A stretch of DNA of 64,000 bases, from the IMG/VR virus record IMGVR_UViG_3300043567_000723; one strand, given 5' to 3'. Source of the stretch: a virus (taxonomy: Duplodnaviria; Caudoviricetes). The notes under the pieces were generated by a model. It had not been told where the DNA came from. It did not search any database and saw only the letters and a program-made list of their open reading frames with translations. Positions 39,547 through 54,872 of this stretch are shown piece by piece; the first letter of the stretch is position 1; each line of letters opens with the position of its first letter. Position numbers and translations under genes: made by a program.

Positions 39547-40488
39547 ATGCCTATTGGAAATTGGAATTTACAGTGGCTCAACCACAACTCTCAGCGGTCA
39601 TACCCGCTGACGGAACGTGCCACAAAGAAAAGTATTGACGGGACCATTACGATCCCGGATAGCTTTATTGTCGCACTGTATTTACCGATTCATTCCGGTC
39701 TTTCTTTTGCGCCAAATAACTTTTTTATCAAAAGCCTGTTAATCGCGCCGACAGGTTTTAACATTGTTGTTGGTTATTCGTCGGGCGGTGTCGCTGTCGA
39801 CGCCGCGGCCGCGAACATTATTCGCAGTAATTACACGCCGAATCAATCGTATGCGCTCGGCGGCGTCGGAAATTTCGATGACTGTGTCGGTCGGATTGTT
39901 CTGGGCAGTCTTGACGAAATCGACAAACTGGCGCCCGGCTTTTACGAGTTTAATCAAGCTGGCGGCGAACTAGAAACAGACGCTATTCGGCCGATGATCC
40001 GCGGCGTTTCACGACTGCGCGTTTTGAACAACAACGAATACAGCGACGCTATTTACGGCGACGTAACGTTGGTTGCGGGTACGAATATTCGCATCACAAC
40101 AACAACGGTAAGTGGTGAGACTCAAATTCGTTTTGACGCGATTTCTGGGCTTAACCTAAACGAAGATTGTTTGTGTAATCCCACTGAGGGTGAATGCATT
40201 CGGTGCATCAACGGTGTCTGCAGCACAGACGGTGACTTTGTAATAGCGTCTGACGACTGCGTACAAATTACGACCATGACAAACGGAATCAAAATCGCGG
40301 ACACGTGTGCGCAGCCGTGTTGCGGTTGCACAGAACTAGACGCCGTCATCGATCAGGTTAATAGATTCGGCGACGGCGTTACTACTCTGCAAAATTTCGT
40401 GACGCGTCTGGGATCTGAAGTCACGCAAATGAGTCTCGTCGTACTCGGTAGCCGCCTTGGCGATTCTGGTTGTTCGAACTCGGGGTGA
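39547..40488 (+). CDS. Tail-tip/baseplate protein, paralog 1 (Cys-rich)
   Basis: N-terminal WLNHNSQRSYPL motif; C-terminal CLC...CIRCINGVC...CAQPCCGC followed by a coiled segment. Confidence 0.6.
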   Translation: MPIGNWNLQWLNHNSQRSYPLTERATKKSIDGTITIPDSFIVALYLPIHSGLSFAPNNFFIKSLLIAPTGFNIVVGYSSGGVAVDAAAANIIRSNYTPNQSYALGGVGNFDDCVGRIVLGSLDEIDKLAPGFYEFNQAGGELETDAIRPMIRGVSRLRVLNNNEYSDAIYGDVTLVAGTNIRITTTTVSGETQIRFDAISGLNLNEDCLCNPTEGECIRCINGVCSTDGDFVIASDDCVQITTMTNGIKIADTCAQPCCGCTELDAVIDQVNRFGDGVTTLQNFVTRLGSEVTQMSLVVLGSRLGDSGCSNSG

Positions 40489-40491
40489 TTT

Positions 40492-42207
40492 ATGACGTGC
40501 CCCGACTACGTAACATCTAAACGCGGCCGGCAGGGACTCGGCGTTGTTCAGCCGCAAAGCGGTTTGAATTACCCGCTTGTTGCGCCGTCAGCTGACATCA
40601 AATACCTGCTCGCGGATTTTTATTTGAGCTATGACGACGACGGCGAGTATTTTGCAGGTACAACGCCAGCCGTCCATCCGCTACGGATTAAATATCTATA
40701 CGGGGTGGGCTGCTTAGATAACACTCCCGCCAGCGGCTTCCCGGCGAACGTGCACGCGGCTGACGTCGTTATAGTCGACGCAAATGAACGCGTCATTTTA
40801 AACACGAACTCGGTTAACGTAAGTTTTAATGTGCAGCCGTGGGGCGACGATTACAAAATCTACGAGTGGAAAAGCAGCAAAGCTGTGTGCCGGCTCGTAG
40901 CGTACACCACGTGGCCGGATAACGACGGCGTATACACAGATGACGACACGCGCCGCAATTACAACAAGTCGCTTACACCAGCTAATGCAAAACTCGACGA
41001 ACGCGCTGTGTATAAAATGCCGCGGCGGTTGTTATCAATACGCGTTAAAAATGGCCAAACAACGACGGCACAATACCGCAATAAAATAACGTTTGTGAAC
41101 GGGTACAATTCCACAATTACACCAGCAACTGGCACAACAGTAGATTTCAGAAATAACACAAACGTGTTGTTTTCCACAGTAGCCGGTTCTGGTTTAGGAA
41201 AATACGGTGATTGCGGAGATACGACAACTACCGTTCCAATTACAAAAATTAACGGTGTATCAGGTAATGCCGGACACTTTTTAATTTCCGGCACAGATTG
41301 TTTGTGGGCGCGTCGTCCGGTCAACAGCGTAGGAGACGGCGCTGGGGGTGGCTCTACCGCGGAAAGACTACTGGCCGAAGATGGCAGTTTTCTTATTACC
41401 GAAGCCGCTGATTTTGATTATTGGGTTAATGAGACGAATACCAGCAGCGCAATACCAGATAACAACTCTAGTTATATCGTCAGCCCGTCCACAACAGCGC
41501 ACCAACAAATTGGCGCTGATTGCCAACCGTGCTGCGCATGTAGCGACTACTCAGATACAGCCAAATATCTAAATGATACAAGTTATCGATATAAGCTGAT
41601 CGGGCAGCGTGCAGAACGCGTACGAACTGAGCACGAAAATAATATTGCGCGTTGGGCTGACCAGCGCGCGTGCAGCGTTCAGCGACCTTTGCGGCTACTC
41701 TTGATCCCGCAGCGTTGCCCGTTCATGGATATTGTGATGCTGCTGTGCAATCCGTGTAAAAAATGTTTTAAACCAGCGGCGCTCTCCGTCACGCTAAGCA
41801 TCGCCGGAGCAGAAGGAAAAACTATAGTCCCACAACTAGAACGGGGTTATACAGAAATGTACGCCCCGGGAGTAAATAACAGCGTCGTACAGGTTAATAC
41901 CGTCACAAACGGGCTGACATACTCAGTAAACATGCCGGAATTAAAAGCTGGCGACTCAGCGTATGTAAAATTTAGGGTTCGATTCTCGGAAGTGGTGCAG
42001 TACAGCGACGACGCGTTTGGTGTAGAAAAAGCGCGCGGGCAGTATTCAGTTACTGGCACGCTAACTGGTAGTTTTCTCGGCGGCGGTGCCGTTCTTACAA
42101 ACTGCGGAGACAATTTAAACGACGGCGCGGCACCACCGGCCGCGACCGCTCAAACCACACGCGTATTAAATTGCAACTCTGCCGGTCAAACAATAGTGTC
42201 GCAGTAA
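40492..42207 (+). CDS. Tail-tip/baseplate protein, paralog 2 (Cys-rich)
   Basis: GLNYPL motif; ITKINGVSGNAGHF; CQPCCAC motif shared with paralog 1. Confidence 0.6.
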   Translation: MTCPDYVTSKRGRQGLGVVQPQSGLNYPLVAPSADIKYLLADFYLSYDDDGEYFAGTTPAVHPLRIKYLYGVGCLDNTPASGFPANVHAADVVIVDANERVILNTNSVNVSFNVQPWGDDYKIYEWKSSKAVCRLVAYTTWPDNDGVYTDDDTRRNYNKSLTPANAKLDERAVYKMPRRLLSIRVKNGQTTTAQYRNKITFVNGYNSTITPATGTTVDFRNNTNVLFSTVAGSGLGKYGDCGDTTTTVPITKINGVSGNAGHFLISGTDCLWARRPVNSVGDGAGGGSTAERLLAEDGSFLITEAADFDYWVNETNTSSAIPDNNSSYIVSPSTTAHQQIGADCQPCCACSDYSDTAKYLNDTSYRYKLIGQRAERVRTEHENNIARWADQRACSVQRPLRLLLIPQRCPFMDIVMLLCNPCKKCFKPAALSVTLSIAGAEGKTIVPQLERGYTEMYAPGVNNSVVQVNTVTNGLTYSVNMPELKAGDSAYVKFRVRFSEVVQYSDDAFGVEKARGQYSVTGTLTGSFLGGGAVLTNCGDNLNDGAAPPAATAQTTRVLNCNSAGQTIVSQ

Positions 42208-42208
42208 C

Positions 42209-43945
42209 ATGTCTATTCGAAATCAAAACTGGTACAACCTGCAGTCCACGCGGCGCTATCCGCTTGACGACATCAGTACCGGTGTAGACGACGCGGGCGC
42301 GTTTATACGCGATGACATTATTGTTGATTGCCATATCCGTTTTCCGAATACGCTCGGTCAGTATTTATACGTACAGGGCGTAACTGTGTCAGCCGGCATC
42401 GTTACCGTTTTATTTGGTGTTGCCGGCTCTATAAACGCAACGACCGGCACAACGATTGCCGCTGTATCTGTAGCTAAACCTGTTGCGCCGTATGTGCACT
42501 ACAACATCTCTGGTCTTGTAACCGGCGTTTCGGGTTGGGTTGTTTTCGGCCCCGGAGTAACAGAAAACTTCGTAGGCCGATACACAACGCCAAAACAAAC
42601 CCTGCTACAACCGCGGTCCGCTCGCGCGTACAGGCCGCTACCAGTACCAACACTGGGTAAATTGAATTTAGGAACCGCGCTACAGGGTGTTGTGACAATA
42701 CTGGGCAGCACACCTATAAGTGCAAAATACGAAGTAATTACATACGGCGGTCGGACATATCCAGCAATTGTTTTTCGGCTGGACACAACTGATCTGTCGT
42801 TAGATTACAACCCGCTGTCGCAGTTTTTGGGCCCATGCAGCCCGCGACCAGAAAGCGGTACTTGTCCTAGAACGCCAATTGAGACGATTAACGGCATCGC
42901 GCCAGATTGCGATGGCAACATCAATATCTCGTTCGACGGGTTTGATTCCTACTTGTTCTCAAACTGCGGCGGCATGGACATTTTAACGCCGGTAAGTCTG
43001 GCAACTGTTTGCGATTCAAACAAACCAAAAAAACCAACTGAGTTTAGCGACGCCTGCTGCAACATCACAGGAGAATTAATATCGTCGTTTCCGTCTTTTA
43101 CAGACTTCCCGCTTGTGGGCGAAACTGGGCGACTGTATAGCGCGGCAGATACCAACAAAATTTATCGCTGGGAAACTGACAAATATGCGGTAACAGATAT
43201 CGTGGCCGACGAATACTGCTGGGGAGATCCGACGCTAGCCATTGACGAGTTTGTAGATGAGACACTCGATGAGCTTAATTATCCGTGTATAACAGTTCCG
43301 CTTTGCGTAGATTTTATTTCGTGCGACCCCGGTTTTTATTTTACGACGCTTACGGGCGCGTTTGTGCAAGGTAATACGCTAGCGCCTGAGTCGTGCGGTA
43401 ATTGCGCTAATACGACGTTTGTGCAGCTCGGCCCGTCTACCGCGCTAACGAATCACGGAACATATTTAACGTCTGGCATTGGTAGCGTTAACATTGCGCT
43501 CTTAAAAAATTGCGCAACTGACTGGGCTCTCGGGCATGCAGTGACTACCGAACTTAAAATAACACCCAACGGTTTAGCCAGAAACGGCGGGCTTGTTTTA
43601 AACTACGTCCAAACAAAAGAGCTAAATCAGGTTATTACGCGATATATCGCCGTAGTGATTGACGCAACACGGTCACGGATCCGTGTGCTGCGCTACACAA
43701 ATACTAACTTTGTCGAAGAGACGTCTGTTTATTACCCGGCAAAAGTCAACGCGTGGTATCGTTTATCTGCGTCGTTAAACTTGAGCGGTAATGCACTTAA
43801 CGTCAGTTTTTCTGTCGCAGAACTTGACAACACAAATCAGGCGTCTGGTTTTACGGCGCTGTCAAATCCCGGCGCGGTGACAGGCGCTGTTGGGCTTTTT
43901 ACAAATCAGGCTGCGACACACTTTAACAAGCTTACGGTGCAATAA
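42209..43945 (+). CDS. Tail-tip/baseplate protein, paralog 3
   Basis: WYNLQSTRRYPL motif; IETINGIAPDCDGNINI; C-terminal lectin-like beta domain. Confidence 0.6.
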   Translation: MSIRNQNWYNLQSTRRYPLDDISTGVDDAGAFIRDDIIVDCHIRFPNTLGQYLYVQGVTVSAGIVTVLFGVAGSINATTGTTIAAVSVAKPVAPYVHYNISGLVTGVSGWVVFGPGVTENFVGRYTTPKQTLLQPRSARAYRPLPVPTLGKLNLGTALQGVVTILGSTPISAKYEVITYGGRTYPAIVFRLDTTDLSLDYNPLSQFLGPCSPRPESGTCPRTPIETINGIAPDCDGNINISFDGFDSYLFSNCGGMDILTPVSLATVCDSNKPKKPTEFSDACCNITGELISSFPSFTDFPLVGETGRLYSAADTNKIYRWETDKYAVTDIVADEYCWGDPTLAIDEFVDETLDELNYPCITVPLCVDFISCDPGFYFTTLTGAFVQGNTLAPESCGNCANTTFVQLGPSTALTNHGTYLTSGIGSVNIALLKNCATDWALGHAVTTELKITPNGLARNGGLVLNYVQTKELNQVITRYIAVVIDATRSRIRVLRYTNTNFVEETSVYYPAKVNAWYRLSASLNLSGNALNVSFSVAELDNTNQASGFTALSNPGAVTGAVGLFTNQAATHFNKLTVQ

Positions 43946-44720
43946 TGTCCGGCGCACGTATTTTATACCCAGAGTTTCGCGACGAGCAGTCTGACTCGCG
44001 GTACCCGTTCGCGGACTCGGCCACGCTTGTGAGCACGACAAACGCAGCAGCTGTGATCGCCGCAGACACGTTTATCGACGCCTCGTTTTTTCCGATTGGC
44101 GGTTCCCGGCTTTTGTATATCTCGTCTATTACCGTGGCGACACAAAAAATAACGATTACGATTGGCGACAGCGGCATGAGTCAACGTATTTACACAGAAT
44201 ACGACCCACTCGGCCCGCCAGATAACGGGTTGCTCACGTTTAATGACATGTATGGGCGCCCTGCCGGCACGCTGCTGTCGAGCCCGCTGAACCTTGCCCG
44301 CTTCGCTGTCTGGCCGCCGGGTACGTACGATTTCACCGCCGCGGCCACGTCCTTTGTCGCGAGCGTCGTTATACCGGCTAATGAGCCCGGCGTTCGCGCT
44401 GTGCAACCAGAAACAGCTGAGTTTATGACCGGCGACATCTGGCTTGTCGGCGATCAAGGTGTTGTTTTACGTCGCGAAAACATAAACACGATTCGAATTG
44501 ATATTATTGGCGTCCCGTTGTTCAAGCGCTTCTTGTGCGAGCCGCAAGCTTCTAACTTTCCGGCAAAAAGATATCTAAAAACGATTAACGGCTGCGGACC
44601 AGACGAATTTGGAAATTTTACGTTTACCGCGACTAACGAATTAGCGGAAGACTCTGTGTTGCGGATTTACCCCGATAACGGGACAATTGTTGTCGATACC
44701 GTCGGTAGGAGTACTGTGTA

Positions 44721-44721
<1 letters not shown>
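43945..44721 (+). CDS. Tail-tip/baseplate protein, paralog 4
   Basis: FRDEQSDSRYPF motif; LKTINGCGPDEFGNF. Confidence 0.6.
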
Positions 44722-49956
<5,235 letters not shown>

Positions 49957-49958
49957 AC

Positions 49959-50876
49959 ATGGATAACGAGCAATTAAATAGCGAGCCGGTCGTAATGGTG
50001 CCGTATGACGGCATGATAATGGCCGAAACAGCCGGCGGCTGCGGTATTTGCCCAGAAGGCCCTCCCGGTCCCGTTGGCCCTGCTGGCCCTGTTGGGCCGT
50101 CCGGACCCGCAGGCCCAAAAGGCGGTACCGGCACAAAAGGTAACACGGGCTCTAAGGGCGATAAAGGTGCCACCGGGCCAACAGGGCCAACCGGTAACAC
50201 TGGCGCTACTGGCTCACCCGGACGCACAGGCCCGACGGGACCAACGGGTCCAGCTGGCGCGGCAGGCGCAGTTGGCGCTACCGGCGCTAACGGACAAAAA
50301 GGTCAAACAGGTGTAACCGGACCAAAAGGCGATAAAGGCCAAACTGGCCCCACCGGTCCCGGTGGTTCACGCGGGCCTACCGGTCCAACAGGGCCAAAAG
50401 GCGATAGAGGTCCGTCTGGGCCCACAGGACCAAACGGCCGCACAGGCCCGACTGGTCCTACAGGCCCGTCAGGCGGAAAAGGCGACAAGGGGGCAACTGG
50501 TGTAACGGGTGTGACTGGCGCGACCGGCCCGTCAGGCGCGCAGGGTATACAAGGTGTACAGGGTATATCGGGTGTACAGGGACCAAGCGGCCCAACCGGC
50601 AAGACCGGCGGGAAAGGCGATAAAGGAGTTACAGGCGCATCAGGCCCTAGCGGCCCGAGCGGCGCTAGAGGCCCTACCGGGCCAGCAGGGCCTTCTGGGC
50701 CTTCTGGGCTCTCTATAACTGGTCCTACGGGCCCTTGCGGCAATACCGGCCAAACAGGGCCTACGGGGCCTACAGGGCCGGCTGGCGATTTAACGCTAGC
50801 GGGACTTATTGCGGCTATCAATACAAACGCAACAGTGCGCGCGGCTATTCGTGCCGCTGTTATTGCGTCTGTATGA
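49959..50876 (+). CDS. Collagen-like fibre protein (305 aa)
   Basis: N-terminal CGICP, ~80 G-X-Y triplets with one interruption (GLS-IT-GPT), C-terminal [12 protein letters not shown]. Confidence 0.85.
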   Translation: MDNEQLNSEPVVMVPYDGMIMAETAGGCGICPEGPPGPVGPAGPVGPSGPAGPKGGTGTKGNTGSKGDKGATGPTGPTGNTGATGSPGRTGPTGPTGPAGAAGAVGATGANGQKGQTGVTGPKGDKGQTGPTGPGGSRGPTGPTGPKGDRGPSGPTGPNGRTGPTGPTGPSGGKGDKGATGVTGVTGATGPSGAQGIQGVQGISGVQGPSGPTGKTGGKGDKGVTGASGPSGPSGARGPTGPAGPSGPSGLSITGPTGPCGNTGQTGPTGPTGPAGDLTLAGLIAAINTNATVRAAIRAAVIASV

Positions 50877-50889
50877 TTTTTTGCGACGC

Positions 50890-50898
50890 TGTTAGAAT
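50890..50898 (+). promoter_or_regulatory. Possible extended -10 promoter (TG-T-TAGAAT)
   Basis: Matches TGnTAnnnT, 27 nt before ATG 50925; no clear -35. Confidence 0.3.
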
Positions 50899-50924
50899 GC
50901 GAAAATACTAACCGCGAGGACACC

Positions 50925-51293
50925 ATGTCTCAACGTATCACGCGCATGATATCGTTAAACCGCGATAACATCATGCAGATTACGCAGCGCCCAGACTTCT
51001 TTGAAAAAATGCCGGCGCTGGCCAATTTAATACCGCTATTTGACGAATGCCGCGCGGCCTTTGACGAATCAGCAAAAAAGAGTGGCTGCCGGTGCCGTGC
51101 GGATACGACTGTGTTATTTAATTGCGTTTCGCCGTTTTTGGTCGCGCTGGAGAAATGCAAAGAAACAGACCCAGAAACAGTCCAACAATTCGTGCGCTAT
51201 ATCGCAAAAGATGAGAATGTCGAATCAACTGGCGTTACAATATACTATTCGGCGCCAAACGAGACCACACCGCAGCGATATATGTTTCCATGA
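50925..51293 (+). CDS. Small Cys-containing hypothetical protein
   Basis: GAGGA SD; SGCRCR motif; resembles 52682-52984. Confidence 0.65.
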   Translation: MSQRITRMISLNRDNIMQITQRPDFFEKMPALANLIPLFDECRAAFDESAKKSGCRCRADTTVLFNCVSPFLVALEKCKETDPETVQQFVRYIAKDENVESTGVTIYYSAPNETTPQRYMFP

Positions 51294-51565
51294 GCTATGT
51301 CAGCCCGACAAATTCAAAGATCCTATACGCGACGCAACCGCATGTGGCCGCGGACGGAACTACAGCAGCTGTCATAAAAGTAAGGCTGCGGGATCACGAA
51401 AATAACCCAGTAGCAAACCGACAGGCGCAGCTGTATAGCGCAAATACAAATATCACAATCACGCAACCGGGTTTGACCGACGTTAACGGTTTGGCGCTGG
51501 CCTATGTACGGTCTAGCACACCCGGACAAGTGACCATTTCAGCCCGCGTATTACCAGAGGCTTAA
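51290..51565 (+). CDS. Bacterial Ig-like (Big_1/invasin-type) single-domain protein
   Basis: ADGTTAAVIKVRLRDHENNPVAN...TDVNGLALAYVRSSTPGQVTISA. Confidence 0.75.
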   Translation: MSYVSPTNSKILYATQPHVAADGTTAAVIKVRLRDHENNPVANRQAQLYSANTNITITQPGLTDVNGLALAYVRSSTPGQVTISARVLPEA

Positions 51566-51567
51566 TT

Positions 51568-52674
51568 ATGCCATCGAATTGCGACCCGACACCGATCGAA
51601 GGCATCATCGAGCTGCCTGATACGTTGGGTTTGAATTTTTACGACCCGGTTATTGCCGCACCGCCGCCCCAGCCAAATAACGGGCGACGTGTGCGGTTAA
51701 CGTGGCAAGTAAGCCGCTACAATTTTGAGACCACTGACGGCATTCGTGTGCGCATTACCGCCAGTGACCCGATGTTAATGCCAGAAAAGATCTTTGCTTA
51801 TTTGTTATTGCCCTTAAAGCCGGGAACCACAGAGCGGGTCGGCGCATTTGACCACGTCTGCTCGCCGACGGATTTAGAAGAGTATCCCGAAGACGATCCG
51901 CTACCGAATGCACGCCCAGAGTGGTTTCGACTGAACTATGTCGATGTTATTTTGCGATCGCGTGCCGAAGTAGAGACGTTTATCGGCGAAGTGCTCGAAG
52001 ACGTACAACGCCTCAAAGACACGCTGGATATCGCCGACGATTTATTACCCGGCGGCCAGTCGTGGGTTGGCGTGCCACCTGTAGCACCAGCAGCGCCCAC
52101 AAATCTAACGCGCAGCGCAGGAAACGGGCAGGTTACGCTGACGTGGACGGCGCCAACAAATACCGGCAACGCGCTGCTCACAAATTACACGATCCAGTTC
52201 AGCACAAACGGCGGAACTACGTGGACAACAATAAATCGGCCGGGAGTGTCTACGTCGACAACTGCGATTATCACCGGACTAGTAAACGGCACCGCGTATG
52301 TGTTTCGAGTTGCTGCGGTTAATGTTATTGGCGCCGGTGCCTATACCGCGGCGACAACCGCTGTCACACCTGTAACTACACCCGCCGCGCCGACTAACGT
52401 AACTGGAACAGCCGGTAACGCAAGTGTAGCGCTCACGTGGACAGCGCCAACTATTAATGGCGGCGCAGCTATTACAGACTACACGATTCAGTACAGCTCC
52501 ACGGCTGGCGCATCGTGGACTACCTTCTCAGACGGTACTTCCGCGGCCACGTCTGCAACAGTGACAGGATTAAACAACGGGACCAGTTATATTTTCCGTG
52601 TCGCGGCTACAAACAGCGCGGGCACGGGAGTATACTCAAGTTCTTCTAGCGCACGGACACCAGCAGCGACGTAG
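51568..52674 (+). CDS. Virion protein with two C-terminal fibronectin type III domains
   Basis: Two copies of PAAPTN.T..AGN..V.LTWTAP...G.A.IT.YTIQ.S..GG..WTT...T.ATITGL.NGT.Y.FRVAA.N. Confidence 0.85.
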   Translation: MPSNCDPTPIEGIIELPDTLGLNFYDPVIAAPPPQPNNGRRVRLTWQVSRYNFETTDGIRVRITASDPMLMPEKIFAYLLLPLKPGTTERVGAFDHVCSPTDLEEYPEDDPLPNARPEWFRLNYVDVILRSRAEVETFIGEVLEDVQRLKDTLDIADDLLPGGQSWVGVPPVAPAAPTNLTRSAGNGQVTLTWTAPTNTGNALLTNYTIQFSTNGGTTWTTINRPGVSTSTTAIITGLVNGTAYVFRVAAVNVIGAGAYTAATTAVTPVTTPAAPTNVTGTAGNASVALTWTAPTINGGAAITDYTIQYSSTAGASWTTFSDGTSAATSATVTGLNNGTSYIFRVAATNSAGTGVYSSSSSARTPAAT

Positions 52675-52681
52675 GTGTAAT

Positions 52682-52984
52682 ATGACAGAACTTACGGTAC
52701 TCGAAGACAGCACCATTATTTCGATGCTCAACGACGCTCGGTTTTCTGAAACTATTCCGTGTTTTTTCAACAAACGGGATCTTTTCAAAACAGGCAATAG
52801 CGGCTGCGGTTCTTGCGCCCGTAAGAAGCTTGAACGCCAGCGCGGAGCTATGGCGCAAATTAAGTCGTGTCTGGCGGGTATGAGTGTTGAGAAAAAGGCA
52901 GAGTTTAAACAACTGCTCAATACGGCAAAAGTGCGCATCGTATACGGGAACGCCACCGGATCTGTTGTGCAGCTGACATTCTAA
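52682..52984 (+). CDS. Small CxxC-containing hypothetical protein
   Basis: ATG 52682 with TAGGTG SD; SGCGSCAR motif. Confidence 0.65.
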   Translation: MTELTVLEDSTIISMLNDARFSETIPCFFNKRDLFKTGNSGCGSCARKKLERQRGAMAQIKSCLAGMSVEKKAEFKQLLNTAKVRIVYGNATGSVVQLTF

Positions 52985-53166
52985 GCTGCGGCGTTAGCCC
53001 ATTCTAGAATATGGAAAACGCGCTGTAAGTCCTTACAGGGCCGGCATGTTCGCAATTCGCGAACACAGGACAGGCGCTAAATTTTGCGCAAAAGCGCGGC
53101 ATATTTAATGTCGCTACTGTGTTGTATCGGTAGCTCTCTTCAAACGCGTTACAAGGGAGTTAACGC

Positions 53167-53544
53167 ATGTCTTTTAGTGCCGCAGCTGAGGGTATCAAAC
53201 TGGCCGTCACTCGACGGTGTTCTAAACAGGCCCCTCAGTTTCAGATCGTGCCTGACAAAGCACAAATGCTTTTCGACAATACAGCAGAAAAGCATTCGAA
53301 GGATCTGAGCAAGATTAATGGCTTTTGGGAAAAAGCCGCTTATCTGAAAGAACGTGTTCTCGCTCGTACGACCAAGAGCTTGCGAGGAAACATGGCCCGC
53401 CTGTACCACGAGTGGACAGCGGCAATGTTGCGTGGCGAACTAGCATCAATGGATGATGACACCGTAATGCGGCAAGTCGATCCAAATATTGAAAAGATCG
53501 CGCAAGGCCATGCATGGCTTGCGTGCACGGCCAGCCTTAATTAG
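53167..53544 (+). CDS. Hypothetical protein (125 aa)
   Basis: AAGGGAG SD; flanked by structured intergenic regions. Confidence 0.6.
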   Translation: MSFSAAAEGIKLAVTRRCSKQAPQFQIVPDKAQMLFDNTAEKHSKDLSKINGFWEKAAYLKERVLARTTKSLRGNMARLYHEWTAAMLRGELASMDDDTVMRQVDPNIEKIAQGHAWLACTASLN

Positions 53545-53560
53545 GCTGCGCCTTGTTGTC

Positions 53561-53630
53561 TGGCTGTGTAGCTGGGACGCATTCTGGTTTCTGTTTGACA
53601 GGACCGAATGTGATCCCGGCTACACAGCCA
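53561..53630. other. Long imperfect inverted repeat/hairpin (70 nt)
   Basis: TGGCTGTGTAGCTGGGA pairs with TCCCGGCTACACAGCCA (17 bp, one G-U), with further inner stems. Confidence 0.85.
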
Positions 53631-53669
53631 AACTTTAACCTGCCCCAATTTTCCTTAGCTATTGTACAA

Positions 53670-54143
53670 ATGGCACGAAAAAGCAAAACAAAATTAGATA
53701 AGCAACCGGCAGGTCCAAAACCTAAATTTGTGATGGCCGATCCAAATGACGACGCCGCTGCCTTTGGGTGGACGCTCGGAAAGTTGCGCTATTTGTCTGA
53801 GAACGAGGTTAACGGTGAGCACTGGCCCGGCCGCGGAGTATTTGATGTCCCGTACAGTTTTGAGACGCGGCAGGTGTACGGGCACATCATAGAGTTCATT
53901 AATCCGGCGTTTCTTCAAATCCAGTTAGACAGCAGCGAAGAAGTGCGTGCCGGGGCAGAGTCAGCTAGAAAAGCAGGCTACACGCCCGAAGCGATAGATA
54001 AACTGCGTAAAACAATCATTCGCGTGTTTAACGACAAAATAATTCCAGACGTCGCCGCGCGCTTCAAACAGGTAGCTGGAATAACCGCAGAATTCTATTG
54101 CGCCCGATTAGCGCATATAGATATGTTCGGCGTGGAGGATTGA
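53670..54143 (+). CDS. Hypothetical protein
   Basis: Start moved to ATG 53670 (MARKSKTKLDK); upstream in-frame codons fall in the hairpin region. Confidence 0.55.
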   Translation: MARKSKTKLDKQPAGPKPKFVMADPNDDAAAFGWTLGKLRYLSENEVNGEHWPGRGVFDVPYSFETRQVYGHIIEFINPAFLQIQLDSSEEVRAGAESARKAGYTPEAIDKLRKTIIRVFNDKIIPDVAARFKQVAGITAEFYCARLAHIDMFGVED

Positions 54144-54863
54144 GTGGCCGAAACAATTTCTGCGTACATGCAGTGCTACAACCACCCGCGAGCTGTCTAC
54201 GAAACGCTAAAAGCTTTTCGCGGGCATTATCCAGAGGTTGGTGTGTCGTTGGTGTCTGATGCCGGGTATGACTTTAAACCATTCGCAAAGTGCTTTGACC
54301 TACGCTACACACACGCCAACGAGCAGGTGCAACCCAAAGGTTACTTCTCAGGCCGTGAGTCTGCCGAGACATACCTAAAACGCGTATACGACCACTGTAT
54401 AAGCGAAACTAGCGACTGGGTTGTTTTGCTCGAAGAAGACGTAATAACAAAACGTCGAGCCTTACATTTCCCAGAGTCAGCCTGCGCTGGCGCTAGGTCC
54501 AACCCGTTCTCAGAGAAGCTGACCGCGTATTTCAACATACTGAGGCGCAGCGAGAACCGGCAATTCTATTACGGGCTATGCGGCGGTAGCTGTTTTAGTC
54601 GCGCCATATTTTTAGAATGCTACTCGCGTAACAGAGACTTGCGCCTGCTGCATCTTTTGGATGACAAGATCTATTACGCACCCGACGCAACGCTGACAAG
54701 TCTCTTTACGCTAAACGGCTACAACTACAGTGAGTGGGCCGAGGTCTCAGAACTAAGCTGGGCTAGACCCGAATGGTGTGTAATGCGTGACGGCGCGTTT
54801 GATCACGCCAATAAACAATATTACACAGCAGATTTCGATCCTTCGTTACTCCAAAAAAATTGA
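54144..54863 (+). CDS. Glycosyltransferase, GT-A fold (family 2-like)
   Basis: YMQCYNHPRAVYETL...VSLVSDAG N-terminus, DWVVLLEEDV (DxD-equivalent) and GGSCFSR. GGAGG SD. Confidence 0.7.
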   Translation: MAETISAYMQCYNHPRAVYETLKAFRGHYPEVGVSLVSDAGYDFKPFAKCFDLRYTHANEQVQPKGYFSGRESAETYLKRVYDHCISETSDWVVLLEEDVITKRRALHFPESACAGARSNPFSEKLTAYFNILRRSENRQFYYGLCGGSCFSRAIFLECYSRNRDLRLLHLLDDKIYYAPDATLTSLFTLNGYNYSEWAEVSELSWARPEWCVMRDGAFDHANKQYYTADFDPSLLQKN

Positions 54864-54872
54864 GGTTACAGA

